The notes beneath the pieces were generated by a model that was not told where the DNA came from, did no database searches, and worked only from the letters and a program-made list of their open reading frames with translations. Of a DNA stretch of 38,790 bases, positions 1 through 10,000 are shown piece after piece (position 1 is the first letter of the stretch; every line of letters begins with the position of its first letter). The stretch is from the IMG/VR virus record IMGVR_UViG_3300042348_001285; one strand, 5' to 3'. This DNA is from a virus (taxonomy: Duplodnaviria; Heunggongvirae; Uroviricota; Caudoviricetes). Both the position numbers and the translations under genes were made by a program.

Positions 1-513
1 GTGGGATGCCCTACAGATACTGCCTGCTATGTCATCAGCTTCATAACCAAGACGCCAAAACCACGGAAAATACATTTGGCAGTAATTCCTACCTTCATTG
101 TAGACAAACCAGAATGCATCTGATTTCTCACTCCGAGTCCCCTTATAGTGAGTGGCAAGTTCTTTGACATCGACTCCCCCAGCTGCCGCATAATCGACCC
201 ATGCTTGTTGGACTACTTCGGATTCTTTCATGAAATCATCCCTCCAGTAGTTATTTGTTTCTGGATTGCGATAATCTGCAGCAAACACAATACGGTAAGG
301 GTGTCTCTTCATGAACTGTGGACCGCGATTTACGAAAAGTGCCCAAGCTCCACGAACTAGCTTCTTTTCGACTTCTTTGCTGAAGGATCCTTCAATTTTT
401 GATTCATACCAACCCAAAACAGCAAAGCACATGACGTTGAAGTCAATGACCAAAAGGGGGCTAGGGGAAGTCTTTAAGACGATAGTTTTTTCGAGTTTGG
501 GCCTGTCCGTCAT
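1..513 (-). CDS. 5'-3' exonuclease / T4 RNase H-like flap endonuclease (runs off the window edge; not in the ORF track)
   Basis: Manual translation from ATG at 513 gives MTDRPKLEKT...LLVIDFN...VFAADY...NYWRDD...HYKGTR...GYEADDIAGS, the FEN/T4 RNase H motif set. The frame is open to position 1, and the ATG overlaps the stop of 510..737. Confidence 0.85.
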   Translation of the reverse strand, partial: MTDRPKLEKTIVLKTSPSPLLVIDFNVMCFAVLGWYESKIEGSFSKEVEKKLVRGAWALFVNRGPQFMKRHPYRIVFAADYRNPETNNYWRDDFMKESEVVQQAWVDYAAAGGVDVKELATHYKGTRSEKSDAFWFVYNEGRNYCQMYFPWFWRLGYEADDIAGSICRASH

Positions 514-737
514 CTTGGCATGGGGAGATCAATGTAGTATGTTGGAAGTCCGACTTCCTGCTCTTGGAATCTAGAGTCTGGGAGGCTTAGCCATTCCCCG
601 GACCTGAATTCCCACACATCACAATCCACCATTGAGAAAGTTCCGTCATTGGCAGGGAAAGCTACAAGGTAATCTTTGTCCGTTGTGGGATAATCTTCGG
701 CGATTTTCCAAAATCCTTTTACGATCTGATTGTTCAT
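510..737 (-). CDS. Small hypothetical phage protein (DUF551-like pattern)
   Basis: 75 aa with a W..P...YLV...W...LP pattern; coupled by ATGA overlaps on both sides. Confidence 0.6.
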   Translation of the reverse strand: MNNQIVKGFWKIAEDYPTTDKDYLVAFPANDGTFSMVDCDVWEFRSGEWLSLPDSRFQEQEVGLPTYYIDLPMPR

Positions 738-814
738 TGATTTGAGAGTTGATTTTGAAGCGTAGTTACTATGGACTTGAGGTCTTCAATTTCCTTGTGC
801 AGGATGGAGATCTC
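734..814 (-). pseudogene. Detached 3' end of thyX (26 codons), separated by the IS607 insertion
   Basis: Reads EISILHKEIEDLKSIVTTLQNQLSNQ*, has no start codon, and its stop overlaps the next ATG. It joins thyX ...DKVLKQ in frame if 815..2561 is removed. Confidence 0.7.
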
Positions 815-832
815 CGATAGAATTTTGCTAAC

Positions 833-2443
833 CTAAGTTAACAATGCACAGGTATTAATACCTGAGGGGCTATCTCCCAAAGTCTCAAGAATTCTTGAGA
901 CGCTTTTTACCCAGATATTCCGGGCACCATTTATGTCTCTATTGACACAATGGCTATCATCTTGTATAATTTTAGAACCCCCTAAAGAATAGTTGATTCT
1001 TCCGGTCCAAGACAAAGTTTTTGATGTGTAGGCTTCATTTACAATTAACAGTAATTTATTAAACTCTTCACATTTATTCTTCAAAAAACATTTAAATCTA
1101 TAATGTGACCAAGTTAATAAAGAACGTGCGGTTTTTGAATTTAGTTTTCTCTTACCTCTTTTAACCATTTGGCTAACGTCAAATGATGGTAAAAAGATAA
1201 TGTCAAAATGTTCAACTAGAAATTTGGAAATTTTATGATGCATTTCATCAACGAGATTTTTAATCTTGTTTCTCATTCTTTTAATCGCTTTTCCGATCCT
1301 TTGTTTTTGCTTTGAAGTTGATTTTGATTTTTTTGAAATCAGGTTATCCAAATGATGGCAAAGTCTCGTAATTCTTCCAATGTCCCCATTTCCCAAAAGT
1401 CCAGAAAATTCTGGATTATAAAAAGTTTGGAAAGTTCGGATTCCTGGATCCAAAGCAACAACTCTAGTTTGGTTCTCGCTAAGAGTCGTTGCTTGCTCAT
1501 AAGGAATAATAAGATAATAATTGCCATTGTCTAATGACAATCTTGAATCCATAATTTTTTGAGGCAATTCCTCACTTATTTTCAATTCACCTAAAATAGT
1601 ATGATAAACTCCTTTTTCCTTTATCGCGGATTTTGGAATGTAAATCGTTTGCTTACCATCCTTCCTACTCCTATAACTAACTTTGTGCCATTTGTCTTTT
1701 GTTATTCCTTTATTTTTTCTCTTACACATAGAGAACGCTTTGCAGCAGTCTCTAATCGCAACAGATTTTATTTGATAGGGAACATCGGACGACCATTCTG
1801 GGAGTAATTTTAGTAATGGAGTTTTTATAGTTTTCCAATTTGTATTTTGTCCACTTTCATTTAAAAATTTAACTGTTTCATTAAAAGCAAATCTAGAAGC
1901 CCCAAACCAATTATTAAGAATTGATTTTTGGGTCTGGGTTGGGTAAATCCTTATCTTCTTTGATTTGATTTTTATACTTTCGCATCCCGTGAATTCTACA
2001 AGAGAAGACGTGGATGATTGAAAGAATGTCGGATACGAGTTCACTTTCGGGGCTACTTGCAATTTGGTTGAGAACCACGAGTTCTCCACCGTTTTTAACG
2101 ATGAGATACTCAACGAGTTCAAATCCGAATCTACAAAGTCTGTCACGCTCGGCAACCACAAGTTTGATTGAATTTCCTTGCAATAATCGTTCCAGAATGG
2201 TACGCAAACCTTTTCGTTTAAAATTGAGTCCAGAGCCAACATCAGAGATGATCTCCGCTCCTGGGTACTTGGAGATGAGATAATTTTTCTGATTGTTGAG
2301 GTCGTCTTTTTGTCTAACACTAGAAACTCTACAGTAAAGAATTGTTTGCAAACTATTTTGTTTTTGTTGTATAAAGGACTCAATGTTGAATCTTCTCTGT
2401 CCAGAAGGGGTTTTAATTGTATCAATAATACCTTCGTCGGCAT
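833..2443 (-). CDS. tnpB: IS607 TnpB RNA-guided nuclease with Fanzor-type RuvC arrangement; start uncertain
   Basis: HTH region SKKIRIYPTQTQKSILNNWFGASRFAFN; RuvC-I VALDPGIRTF; NEAYTSKT; RuvC-III RDINGARNI. Confidence 0.9.
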   Translation of the reverse strand: MPTKVLLIQLKPLLDREDSTLSPLYNKNKIVCKQFFTVEFLVLDKKTTSTIRKIISSPSTQERRSSLMLALDSILNEKVCVPFWNDYCKEIQSNLWLPSVTDFVDSDLNSLSISSLKTVENSWFSTKLQVAPKVNSYPTFFQSSTSSLVEFTGCESIKIKSKKIRIYPTQTQKSILNNWFGASRFAFNETVKFLNESGQNTNWKTIKTPLLKLLPEWSSDVPYQIKSVAIRDCCKAFSMCKRKNKGITKDKWHKVSYRSRKDGKQTIYIPKSAIKEKGVYHTILGELKISEELPQKIMDSRLSLDNGNYYLIIPYEQATTLSENQTRVVALDPGIRTFQTFYNPEFSGLLGNGDIGRITRLCHHLDNLISKKSKSTSKQKQRIGKAIKRMRNKIKNLVDEMHHKISKFLVEHFDIIFLPSFDVSQMVKRGKRKLNSKTARSLLTWSHYRFKCFLKNKCEEFNKLLLIVNEAYTSKTLSWTGRINYSLGGSKIIQDDSHCVNRDINGARNIWVKSVSRILETLGDSPSGINTCALLT

Positions 2444-2507
2444 ATTTTCTAAGAGTATTTGGGTGTAAGCCCAGTTGTTTACGAGCCTCCTTTAATGTTA
2501 CATACAT
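1914..2507 (-). CDS. tnpA: IS607 transposase (MerR-like HTH + serine recombinase)
   Basis: N-terminal HTH (LGLHPNTLRKYAD...TPSGQRRF), catalytic YCRVSS, SDVGSGLNFKRKGL and DRLCRFGFEL. Confidence 0.95.
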   Translation of the reverse strand: MYVTLKEARKQLGLHPNTLRKYADEGIIDTIKTPSGQRRFNIESFIQQKQNSLQTILYCRVSSVRQKDDLNNQKNYLISKYPGAEIISDVGSGLNFKRKGLRTILERLLQGNSIKLVVAERDRLCRFGFELVEYLIVKNGGELVVLNQIASSPESELVSDILSIIHVFSCRIHGMRKYKNQIKEDKDLPNPDPKINS

Positions 2508-2558
2508 ATTTATTTAGTGGTATTTGTTATTTGACATTAGTATTTAGTAGCGATTCTA

Positions 2559-3317
2559 CTACTGTTTAAGAACCTTATCCTTGTAGAGAAGGGTGCCTGT
2601 TTGAGCGTCAAACAACGAATCGTAAATCGTGGGGAATTGAGTCGCAAATACCGAACGTACAGCTCTTGCAAGTTCTACGTGTTCCCACTGAGCTACCCCC
2701 TGATCGTCCCTTACGTTGATGTAATGGATGAAAGAACGAACGTTACCGGTGATGTAAAGACGGGTATATACACCTTCAGGGAGAACAAAACGTGCTAGTT
2801 CTTTGGCGATACCGCGCCCAAGGAGGTTATTATAGGAAGAAATCGCAGCTTTGTAAGCAAACTCAAACTCAGCCCACATGAAGTCAGTTAGACTATTATC
2901 TTCGGCGACAAAACTATTTTGCCGGTTCTTGGTATCCTGAACTCTCGCTTCTTCGGGCATGTAGAATAGGTCCTTGTAGGTAGGGAGACCATTGGTGTAG
3001 TTCCCCATGAAACCTTGATCTTCATACCTCCCAGAAAATTGCTGAAAGCAAAAAGACCGGTGCCTTAGTGCCTGAATTGAGATAGCCAGAGGGGTGATGA
3101 CTTCGACTGACATTGTCGCATTTTCAAACACACTCCAATGTCCATGTTTAGCGCAATGCTTTAGTAGACCCGAGATTTTAGGGTTGCTTTGATCTTTGCT
3201 TGTCACCCTCGCAATGTATGCAATGTGCTCCTCAGCATTGGGGGTAACGGTAACGAGACGGGACTTGCTAGACCCCTCAATAAACCAGGGATTGTTATTT
3301 TCCATTAGTAAATTCAA
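2559..3317 (-). CDS. thyX: Flavin-dependent thymidylate synthase
   Basis: GHWSVFE, RHRSFCFQQFSGRY (ThyX motif), KELARFVLP, GNVRSFIHYINVR and AQWEH. Confidence 0.95.
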   Translation of the reverse strand: MNLLMENNNPWFIEGSSKSRLVTVTPNAEEHIAYIARVTSKDQSNPKISGLLKHCAKHGHWSVFENATMSVEVITPLAISIQALRHRSFCFQQFSGRYEDQGFMGNYTNGLPTYKDLFYMPEEARVQDTKNRQNSFVAEDNSLTDFMWAEFEFAYKAAISSYNNLLGRGIAKELARFVLPEGVYTRLYITGNVRSFIHYINVRDDQGVAQWEHVELARAVRSVFATQFPTIYDSLFDAQTGTLLYKDKVLKQ

Positions 3318-3934
3318 AAATTCAAATCAATTTCATCTGCGCTGGCTTTAGCCGGATCGTACAAACCAGACATTAATTCCAGTACTTTTAAGGTGGAAAG
3401 ACAGTCGGACATGGCATCGTGCGCCGGAAGTGCTGAGAGATTTGGCAACCTTTGCCACTTAAATCCATCCTTCTTATCGCTCCACTCACCACTCCACTCC
3501 GAGTATCTATCCATGGCACAGGATACTCCTGAAGTCTTAGGGGGTTCGAGATTGTACTTCTTGTACAGGTGCCATAAAAGCTTCAAGTCAAAATCCGCGT
3601 TATAGGCAATAAGGTGCTTGCCATCGAGGATAAACGACAGCATTTTGGCGATTTGCGGAAAAATCGGGGCATCCATAACCATTTCATTGGTGATTCCGTG
3701 GATGTCGATTAGCTCTTGTGATAGTGGCTTACTCGGCTTCACAAGCATAGAAAAGGTTGGGCGACCCTGCATGTTGACGACAGAGATTTGCACGACTTCG
3801 GTATCTGGATCCTTGCTAAGGGTGCCGGTAGTTTCAACGTCAAGGATTAGGGATTTTCTGTCCCCTAGGCGTTCTTTAGCCCAATTTTCGGAGTTCTTCT
3901 TAAACTCTGCTAGTTTTTCTTCTGATGGTTTCAT
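3314..3934 (-). CDS. DEDDh 3'-5' exonuclease (DnaQ-like)
   Basis: ExoI LDVETTG, IHGIT, ExoII YNADFD, ExoIII HDAMSD. Confidence 0.9.
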   Translation of the reverse strand: MKPSEEKLAEFKKNSENWAKERLGDRKSLILDVETTGTLSKDPDTEVVQISVVNMQGRPTFSMLVKPSKPLSQELIDIHGITNEMVMDAPIFPQIAKMLSFILDGKHLIAYNADFDLKLLWHLYKKYNLEPPKTSGVSCAMDRYSEWSGEWSDKKDGFKWQRLPNLSALPAHDAMSDCLSTLKVLELMSGLYDPAKASADEIDLNF

Positions 3935-3979
3935 TTTTGAGGTTTACTCATTGCTATTGTAGCAAGTTGCCATGAAAAG

Positions 3980-4159
3980 TCAATGCTCTTCCTCGTACTC
4001 CCTGCCGATTCGCTCTCTCCATTCTAAAACCTTGGTGAAAACATTGATCAAGTCCGTAGAGAAACCTCTTACGTGCTCTATTTCCTCGGGACCATCCCAT
4101 AAGTCAAACTCATAGTATTCTTTGCCGTTGGAGAAGCCGTTTTTAATTTCAATTTTCAT
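3980..4159 (-). CDS. Hypothetical protein (59 aa; start revised to ATG 4159)
   Basis: MKIEIKNGFSNGKEYYEFDLW...; overlaps the end of the upstream gene. Confidence 0.55.
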   Translation of the reverse strand: MKIEIKNGFSNGKEYYEFDLWDGPEEIEHVRGFSTDLINVFTKVLEWRERIGREYEEEH

Positions 4160-4508
4160 GATTAACTTTTGGTAGAATTCCGTAATCAGTTGACCCAAAT
4201 AATCCCCTATCAATTGATTTACCCCCCATCCTTCTGTAAGAGTAGACCAGTCCGGTGAATCTTATTCGTTCGTTTTGGCTGGGTAACTTACCTATTTGCT
4301 GTAATTGCTTTTTAAGTATCCACATGTGGTCAATAGCTATAGATTCCCCAAATGGCACTGGGGTGACAATGAGGTTTACAAGTAAGACGGAATCAAGGTC
4401 TTTCCTCTTCTCATGAGATTTGAATTCTTTCACCCTACCGGAGCATTCTACGGTGGTCCCATTTAAGAACTCAAGGTCGGTTCTTTGTCGGATTACGGAG
4501 TTTGACAT
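4149..4508 (-). CDS. Hypothetical protein, possibly OB-fold (start revised to ATG 4508)
   Basis: MSNSVIRQ...; beta-rich pattern with DHMW and RIRFTGLVYSYRR; a sigma70-like promoter lies just upstream. Confidence 0.55.
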   Translation of the reverse strand: MSNSVIRQRTDLEFLNGTTVECSGRVKEFKSHEKRKDLDSVLLVNLIVTPVPFGESIAIDHMWILKKQLQQIGKLPSQNERIRFTGLVYSYRRMGGKSIDRGLFGSTDYGILPKVNHEN

Positions 4509-4527
4509 AGTACCACTCACTAAAGTA

Positions 4528-4556
4528 ATTATAGCACATACGACTAAGGGGGTAAA
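4528..4556 (-). promoter_or_regulatory. sigma70-like promoter TTTACC-N17-TATAAT driving the leftward DNA-metabolism genes
   Basis: Minus-strand -35 at 4556-4551 and perfect -10 at 4533-4528 with a 17-nt spacer, in a divergent intergenic gap. Confidence 0.55.
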
Positions 4557-4581
4557 AGTATTGTTAGCAAACCAAGAAACC

Positions 4582-5334
4582 ATGACGATAGGTAAAACCA
4601 CTTTTGGCCTCAATAAAGGTGAGTATTCCGATAAAATAACCAGGATCATTGATAACCATAGGACCAATAGCCGCTTGATTGGGGTTCCGAAAGATTTTGT
4701 TCTCCGTTCATGCCGACTGACGGAACAGTGGATGAAGCTATCGAATGAGAACGATGTAGAAGTTTACATCCGTAGCATCGACATTGCTGGCGGAAGAAAA
4801 ATCAAAATGATTTCCCTAGAAAGAGGGACAACCAAACAGCCGGTTGGCAAACTAAAGCTGATAGACATGTTGTACCCGCCTAAAAAAATCGGAACCGCCC
4901 CATCTCCGGAGGAAAAACATTATAATGCCGTTCGAGCATCAATGAGGCTAGCGGTCAATGATCAGTTAAAGGGGTTTAGATCGTCTATTTCACTACCAAT
5001 TACCTGCATGATAACTGGAAAGACCATTAGGAATGGGGTCAAGACAGACGTTGATCATGTTTTGTTGAGTTTCTCTGAAATTGCAGACTCTTTCATGGCT
5101 TTTAAAGGTTTGGTTTATGCTGATGTGCCCCTAGTGGGCCCTCCCACGGCTAAAAAGTTTAAAGACCAGCAACTATGGAAAGATTGGCAAGAGTTTCATA
5201 GAGGTGCTGCCAAATACGCATTGGTCTTAGCTAGTGCTAACCGAAGCAAAGGATGTGGGAATTACACGACTCCCGGACACTTATACGGTTCCTTCTCAAA
5301 GCAGGGGCCAGAAGATCTAGCTCTAGACTTTTGA
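4582..5334 (+). CDS. HNH-like / DCL (DUF3223)-like protein; the only convincing plus-strand gene (start revised to ATG 4582)
   Basis: TCMITG...DVDH...W..WQEFH...ANRSK resembles a beta-beta-alpha-metal nuclease motif; a GGGTAAAA motif lies ~26 nt upstream. Confidence 0.55.
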   Translation: MTIGKTTFGLNKGEYSDKITRIIDNHRTNSRLIGVPKDFVLRSCRLTEQWMKLSNENDVEVYIRSIDIAGGRKIKMISLERGTTKQPVGKLKLIDMLYPPKKIGTAPSPEEKHYNAVRASMRLAVNDQLKGFRSSISLPITCMITGKTIRNGVKTDVDHVLLSFSEIADSFMAFKGLVYADVPLVGPPTAKKFKDQQLWKDWQEFHRGAAKYALVLASANRSKGCGNYTTPGHLYGSFSKQGPEDLALDF

Positions 5335-5423
5335 TTTCGATCACCCAATCCTGGGATTAGGAAGGGTCACATCTACGGAGGGGTCGCATGACGGTATAAC
5401 CCAATCTCGCTGAGTTAAAGCGA

Positions 5424-6017
5424 TTAATCAGCGGGAATCAAGCTAAGAAGCATATCAACAAATTCCCCTGGAAGATGCATCACCCTGGCTTCAGCAGCGA
5501 AACTGCGAAGGATAGCCGGGTCGGGCTCTACTGAGTTAAACACTGAGGATAAAGCAGCGTAGAAGGGGCGAGAATCCCCACCGCGAATAACCTCATTCAA
5601 TTCAATTTGGAGTCCCAAGGCATTTACTGGGTCAGAAACAAGGGCTTGTGTAATGACACCCTTAAACTCGGGGGAACTTTGTGACAGCAACTTAAACGCC
5701 ACCCAGTCAGGTTGAGGGGCCGGGTTGTTAATAATGTCCCACTCGGAGATTTCCTGTTCGGTTGCATCACGGATAGTCCAAGTCTGCTCCCATTTGCCGT
5801 CCAAATTTTGCACGGGTTCAGATTCACTGATTCGCTGAGTGCGAGGCTCGGTTAGGAGGGGGGGTTCGGTTGAGGCCACGAAGAAACAGTGGAATGGCTC
5901 CAAGTCCCCTTCCGTCGGGTTTATAGGGAAGGAAATGTTCGGGTTATCCGCCCGCAGCTGGGTGGGACTATAGGGGTATACTAAGTCCGAGTTGGGCCTT
6001 AAAAGAATTAAATTCAT
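5424..6017 (-). CDS. Tail-fibre-associated (assembly-type) protein
   Basis: YPYS..QLRADNPNISFP...GKWEQTWTI pattern typical of genes next to phage fibre genes. Confidence 0.55.
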   Translation of the reverse strand: MNLILLRPNSDLVYPYSPTQLRADNPNISFPINPTEGDLEPFHCFFVASTEPPLLTEPRTQRISESEPVQNLDGKWEQTWTIRDATEQEISEWDIINNPAPQPDWVAFKLLSQSSPEFKGVITQALVSDPVNALGLQIELNEVIRGGDSRPFYAALSSVFNSVEPDPAILRSFAAEARVMHLPGEFVDMLLSLIPAD

Positions 6018-6080
6018 TTGAAAGTTAGTTGTTGTGTTTGTTTAGTTGGGTTGTTCCGAAATCTCATTGGGCCAAATGGT

Positions 6081-7007
6081 CTATAGTGCCGAAATGGGGT
6101 AGCGAATGATAACGATGCCGGAGCCTCCACTTAGGGTGTCGGAGAAGCCACCCCCTCCACCTCCTCCACCCGTGTTAGCCGTTCCGGAAAAGTTACCGGG
6201 CTGAGAGCGGTTGTTAAATCCACCGTTGCCACCGCCTGCCGTTCCAGTGCCGGGACCACCGCCTGTACCAAATATGTCACTTCCTCCCCCCCCTCCGCCC
6301 CTGGCGGTTGGTGTTCCATTGATTGAGCTGGTAACTCCCGCACCACCGTTACCCCCTCTAGCATTACTCCCAGTACCGGTTACGCCCCCACCAACACCAC
6401 CCGCACCACCACCACCACCACCCGCACCCGACGTGTTGCCAACGCCTCCACCCGTGCCCGCGCCTCCGGCATAGCCCTGACCAGTTGTGCCTGCACCGTT
6501 TATGGCTAGCGCACTTGCACCGCCTCCACCACTGCCGCCAGATGACGCTACAACGGCTTGTCCACCGTCTCTAAAGGAACCACCACCACCACCACCAAGA
6601 GAAACTATTCCAGCAAATGATGAAGAAGATCCTTGATTCCCCCTGCGGTCAAAGGGGTCATCTTGAGAGTTTAAGCCGCCAAGACCAACGGTCACTGTGT
6701 AAAGTTGTGGCGTTAGGATTAGTGGCGGTTCAGCGGGTGCCCCACCCCCGGACAATTCACCAGCCACTGAACAGCGATAGCCCCCTCCGCCACCCGCACC
6801 AGCGGTAGCAATGCTCCTCCCCCCCGCACCTCCGCCACCTATAATAAGGTACTCGCATGTAATGGGGGACCCCCCTACTCTAAGTATACCGGTAGAAAGA
6901 AAAGTATGCACCCTATAAGTTACCCCTCCGACATTTATCACAGTTATGATACCCCCGGTTACCCCTGCCCCCCCGTTAGCAGCTAATAAAGCTCTTCTGC
7001 TATTCAT
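6081..7007 (-). CDS. Glycine-rich virion/tail-associated protein (start revised to ATG 7007)
   Basis: YRVHTF..TG...EYLIIGGGGAGG...GGSGIVIIRY, the common phage Gly-rich domain. Confidence 0.75.
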   Translation of the reverse strand: MNSRRALLAANGGAGVTGGIITVINVGGVTYRVHTFLSTGILRVGGSPITCEYLIIGGGGAGGRSIATAGAGGGGGYRCSVAGELSGGGAPAEPPLILTPQLYTVTVGLGGLNSQDDPFDRRGNQGSSSSFAGIVSLGGGGGGSFRDGGQAVVASSGGSGGGGASALAINGAGTTGQGYAGGAGTGGGVGNTSGAGGGGGGAGGVGGGVTGTGSNARGGNGGAGVTSSINGTPTARGGGGGGSDIFGTGGGPGTGTAGGGNGGFNNRSQPGNFSGTANTGGGGGGGGFSDTLSGGSGIVIIRYPISAL

Positions 7008-7008
7008 A

Positions 7009-10000
7009 TTATGTATTCCTCCCCAGTAAGAAAGCAACATCGATAACCGTTGTTCCACCAACTACCGTGATGATGATTGTTTCGGTTTCCCCTACCGTTG
7101 GTGAAATCGCCGAGCCTCCGTCCCATCTCACCGTGAAGCCAGTGTTACCGGGAAACCAATTTATGACCCCGGATGTATATGCAAAAGAGAGTACAGCTCT
7201 CCAGACTGCCCCTGTGGGAATACTCGCTAAGTTGGAAAGGTTTACTATCGAAGCACCTGCAATAGCCGCACTAGTTACAAACTCATTTCCCAGAGTTGCG
7301 TTTACAGTGTAGGTCCCGGCGGATGCCGTAACTGTTGTTCTAGTTGAGTATTGGGTGCCGTAGGTCACGCCGGAGATTGAACCCCCTGTAAAAGTGACGC
7401 TTGCAGAACCCAGAGTAACCCCCGAGATTGCCCCACCAGTGATGGCTACGTTGGTAGCAGCCTGCGCTGCCATGGTTCCTGCGTCCAAGATTGTGCTAAG
7501 TGTCTGAGTACCGGTATGGTTAGCGCGACTCAAAAGGAAGGCATCAGTCTGATTCGCAGTTGCGCCATCTGCAACACCGTTAAGCTTAAACTTATCAGCT
7601 GCACTCATGGTCCCGCGAGCGGAAGTTGTCGCTGCTGCGATAGACAAAGTCCTCACATAACTCCAAATTCCTGCCCCGTTTGCACTGGCATTGCCGGTAA
7701 CACTTAAAGGCCCACCGACTTCAACGGCCACGTTGGTAACATAACGACTACCGGTGTACTCCTTGACAGCGAACTGAGTTGGTACGGTATTTCCATCAGC
7801 AACCCCCGTACTTGCGATTAAGCTTGTATTATTGCTAACCTCACGAAGCTGCTCGCCGACTGTGCTAATACCACCGTTTCTGCTGAATGGGCCTATGAAA
7901 TTCAAACCAGACAGGTTAAACTGATCTGTATTAATTGTAACAGCACCAGTGGTACCGTCTACATTAAAACTGCTTCCGACTGAAAAATTCCCAAGTTCGT
8001 CGGTGTTGCTGCTGAACACTCTGCCATTGTTCGTTTCAACTATATGGTTGGCAGGGACTGGTACCCCTCCATTATATGGCAAGGCGTCATAGTTTGTGCC
8101 GGAGCCGACATATTCGAAAGTGTGGCTGGGGGCGCTAACTTGGCTCCGGTTACGGAAGTCAATAACTTGGTTAGGGTCAATCGTATTTTTCAGGCCTCCG
8201 TTGGTCCCGGAATAGAAGTTAATCCGATAACCAGCTTGAGTAGGTGCGTTAAATGGGACCGGATTTCCGTTAATGTCAATCGGAACACTTCCTGTAATCA
8301 CGTAGGCCGAAGTTGGGCAAATAAAGTTTAGACCCTCAACTGTAACGGTTCCAGAAGACGCCCCAGGCAAAGGGGTTACTGTTGTGATCGTTACGAGTCC
8401 AGTATTTTTAATGTAGGTACAATCTGCAACACCGTAGTTGGTCGATCCTATGACGGCAGTACCACCTGAAACATATTCGTGTTCTGGACCCGAAGGAGAT
8501 GCCGCAGCTTGATAAGTGAAGGTACTGGCGCCGACCTTTGTATAGGAAAACGCTGTAGCACCACCACTTGGGAAAGAAAGTTGAGGGAATAGTAAAATAC
8601 CAGAACTAGGGCGGCTAGAGGAGTTACAAGTGAAGAATAGATTCTGCATCGTCACTTGTGCGCCCAAGGTGGGGGCATAACCTGCAGCTGTCAAGACCGT
8701 AGAGCCAGTTAGGTTGTTATAGGTACAACTTGTGACGGGATAAGTGTTGGCGCCGATGGTAACAGTTCCGCCACCGGTATACTCGTGTTTGATGGAGCTG
8801 GTGTCTAAGGTTACCGTAAAGCTAGACCCTGCGGATGTGCCCCCTCTGGCCGTAATCGTAACGGCATTTCCAGGACTCCCTGCGCTTCCTGCGGTCGGGT
8901 ATTTGAGTTGTCTACCTAATCTATTAGCACCCAGGTCTATTACATCAATTTCAGTATCACCTTGGCGAATAACTGTGTAAGTTCCTGTGGCAGTTCCGGA
9001 AATGTTAACTGGAGATCCACCTTGAGTCAAGGAGACTTTGAAATCCACCGTTGTGAAGCCACTGGAAATCACAAAGTATTTCGTCCCTGTTACTATATTG
9101 TCTGGGAACGTGCCTTCCGAACAGTTGAAGACAACTTGGTCGTCTATTGAGAGCCCATGCCCCAAAGGGTCAATGCAAGTTATCAGATCGGTAGAAACAT
9201 TAAATGTAACACCTTTTTCAATTCTTGACGCACCAAATGCGGACACTCGTGCTTTAGCAGTATATAGGGAGGATGGAGAGTAACCATCTGCCATTAATCC
9301 GTATGTACCAAAGTCACTAGTACCACCACCGGAAAGGTTAACTTGACCCCCGCTTTCAGTGCGGACATGGTAGTTACAGAAAGTCCCGAAGAACGAAACT
9401 AGCTGCGCGTAACCATCATTTTTGACAAGGCAACCCGGACCACCGAGGTTAACCTGCGTGAAGCTGTCCACCACCATTGAACGAATGGGGCTATTTTTAG
9501 CACAGGCTGCACCATCAACAATGATTCCACCACCTGTATCCCCAGTTGACTGGGATCCTGCGTTACCGTTGTCGTCTTCTGCAGTTAGAGAGGTGCAGTT
9601 TTGGATGTAGGGGGACTTGAAAATATAAGCCCCAGGGCCGACAGCTCCCAATGCAGTGTTATCAGCGGTTTCGTTAAAGCTGACAGACCAGGCCTGCTTC
9701 CCAGTGGAACTATCTGCCTGGTGCCCAGCAAATTCCAGACCCCAACACCAGAATCCACTATCTACTTTGAAGATGTCATTATATTCTTGACCTGCGGCAG
9801 GTTGTATTCGAGCGTTACGAAGACCCTTGCCCAGAATACCAACGTCACGCTTCCAACGAATAGGGAGGCTTGGCTCAGTATAAAGACCAGGGCCAACTTC
9901 TACTAGGTCACCAGGTTGGGCTACTACTGCTGCTGCGCCAAGCGTGAGTAAAGGTTCGCCTGGGGAAGTTCCATCGTTGCTATCGCTAGCGTAAATACTC

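Larger units (their letters stand above)
815..2561 (-). mobile_element. IS607-family insertion sequence (tnpA + tnpB)
   Basis: Serine recombinase gene followed by tnpB; visibly more AT-rich than the flanks. Removal restores a CAG|GAG junction containing GG. Short YAAATA direct repeats at 2510-2548 are consistent with TnpA-binding end motifs. Confidence 0.85.

Noticed and set aside
6211-6474. Proline-rich plus-strand ORF
   Set aside because: It is the antisense shadow of the Gly-rich gene (GGN codons read as Pro on the other strand).
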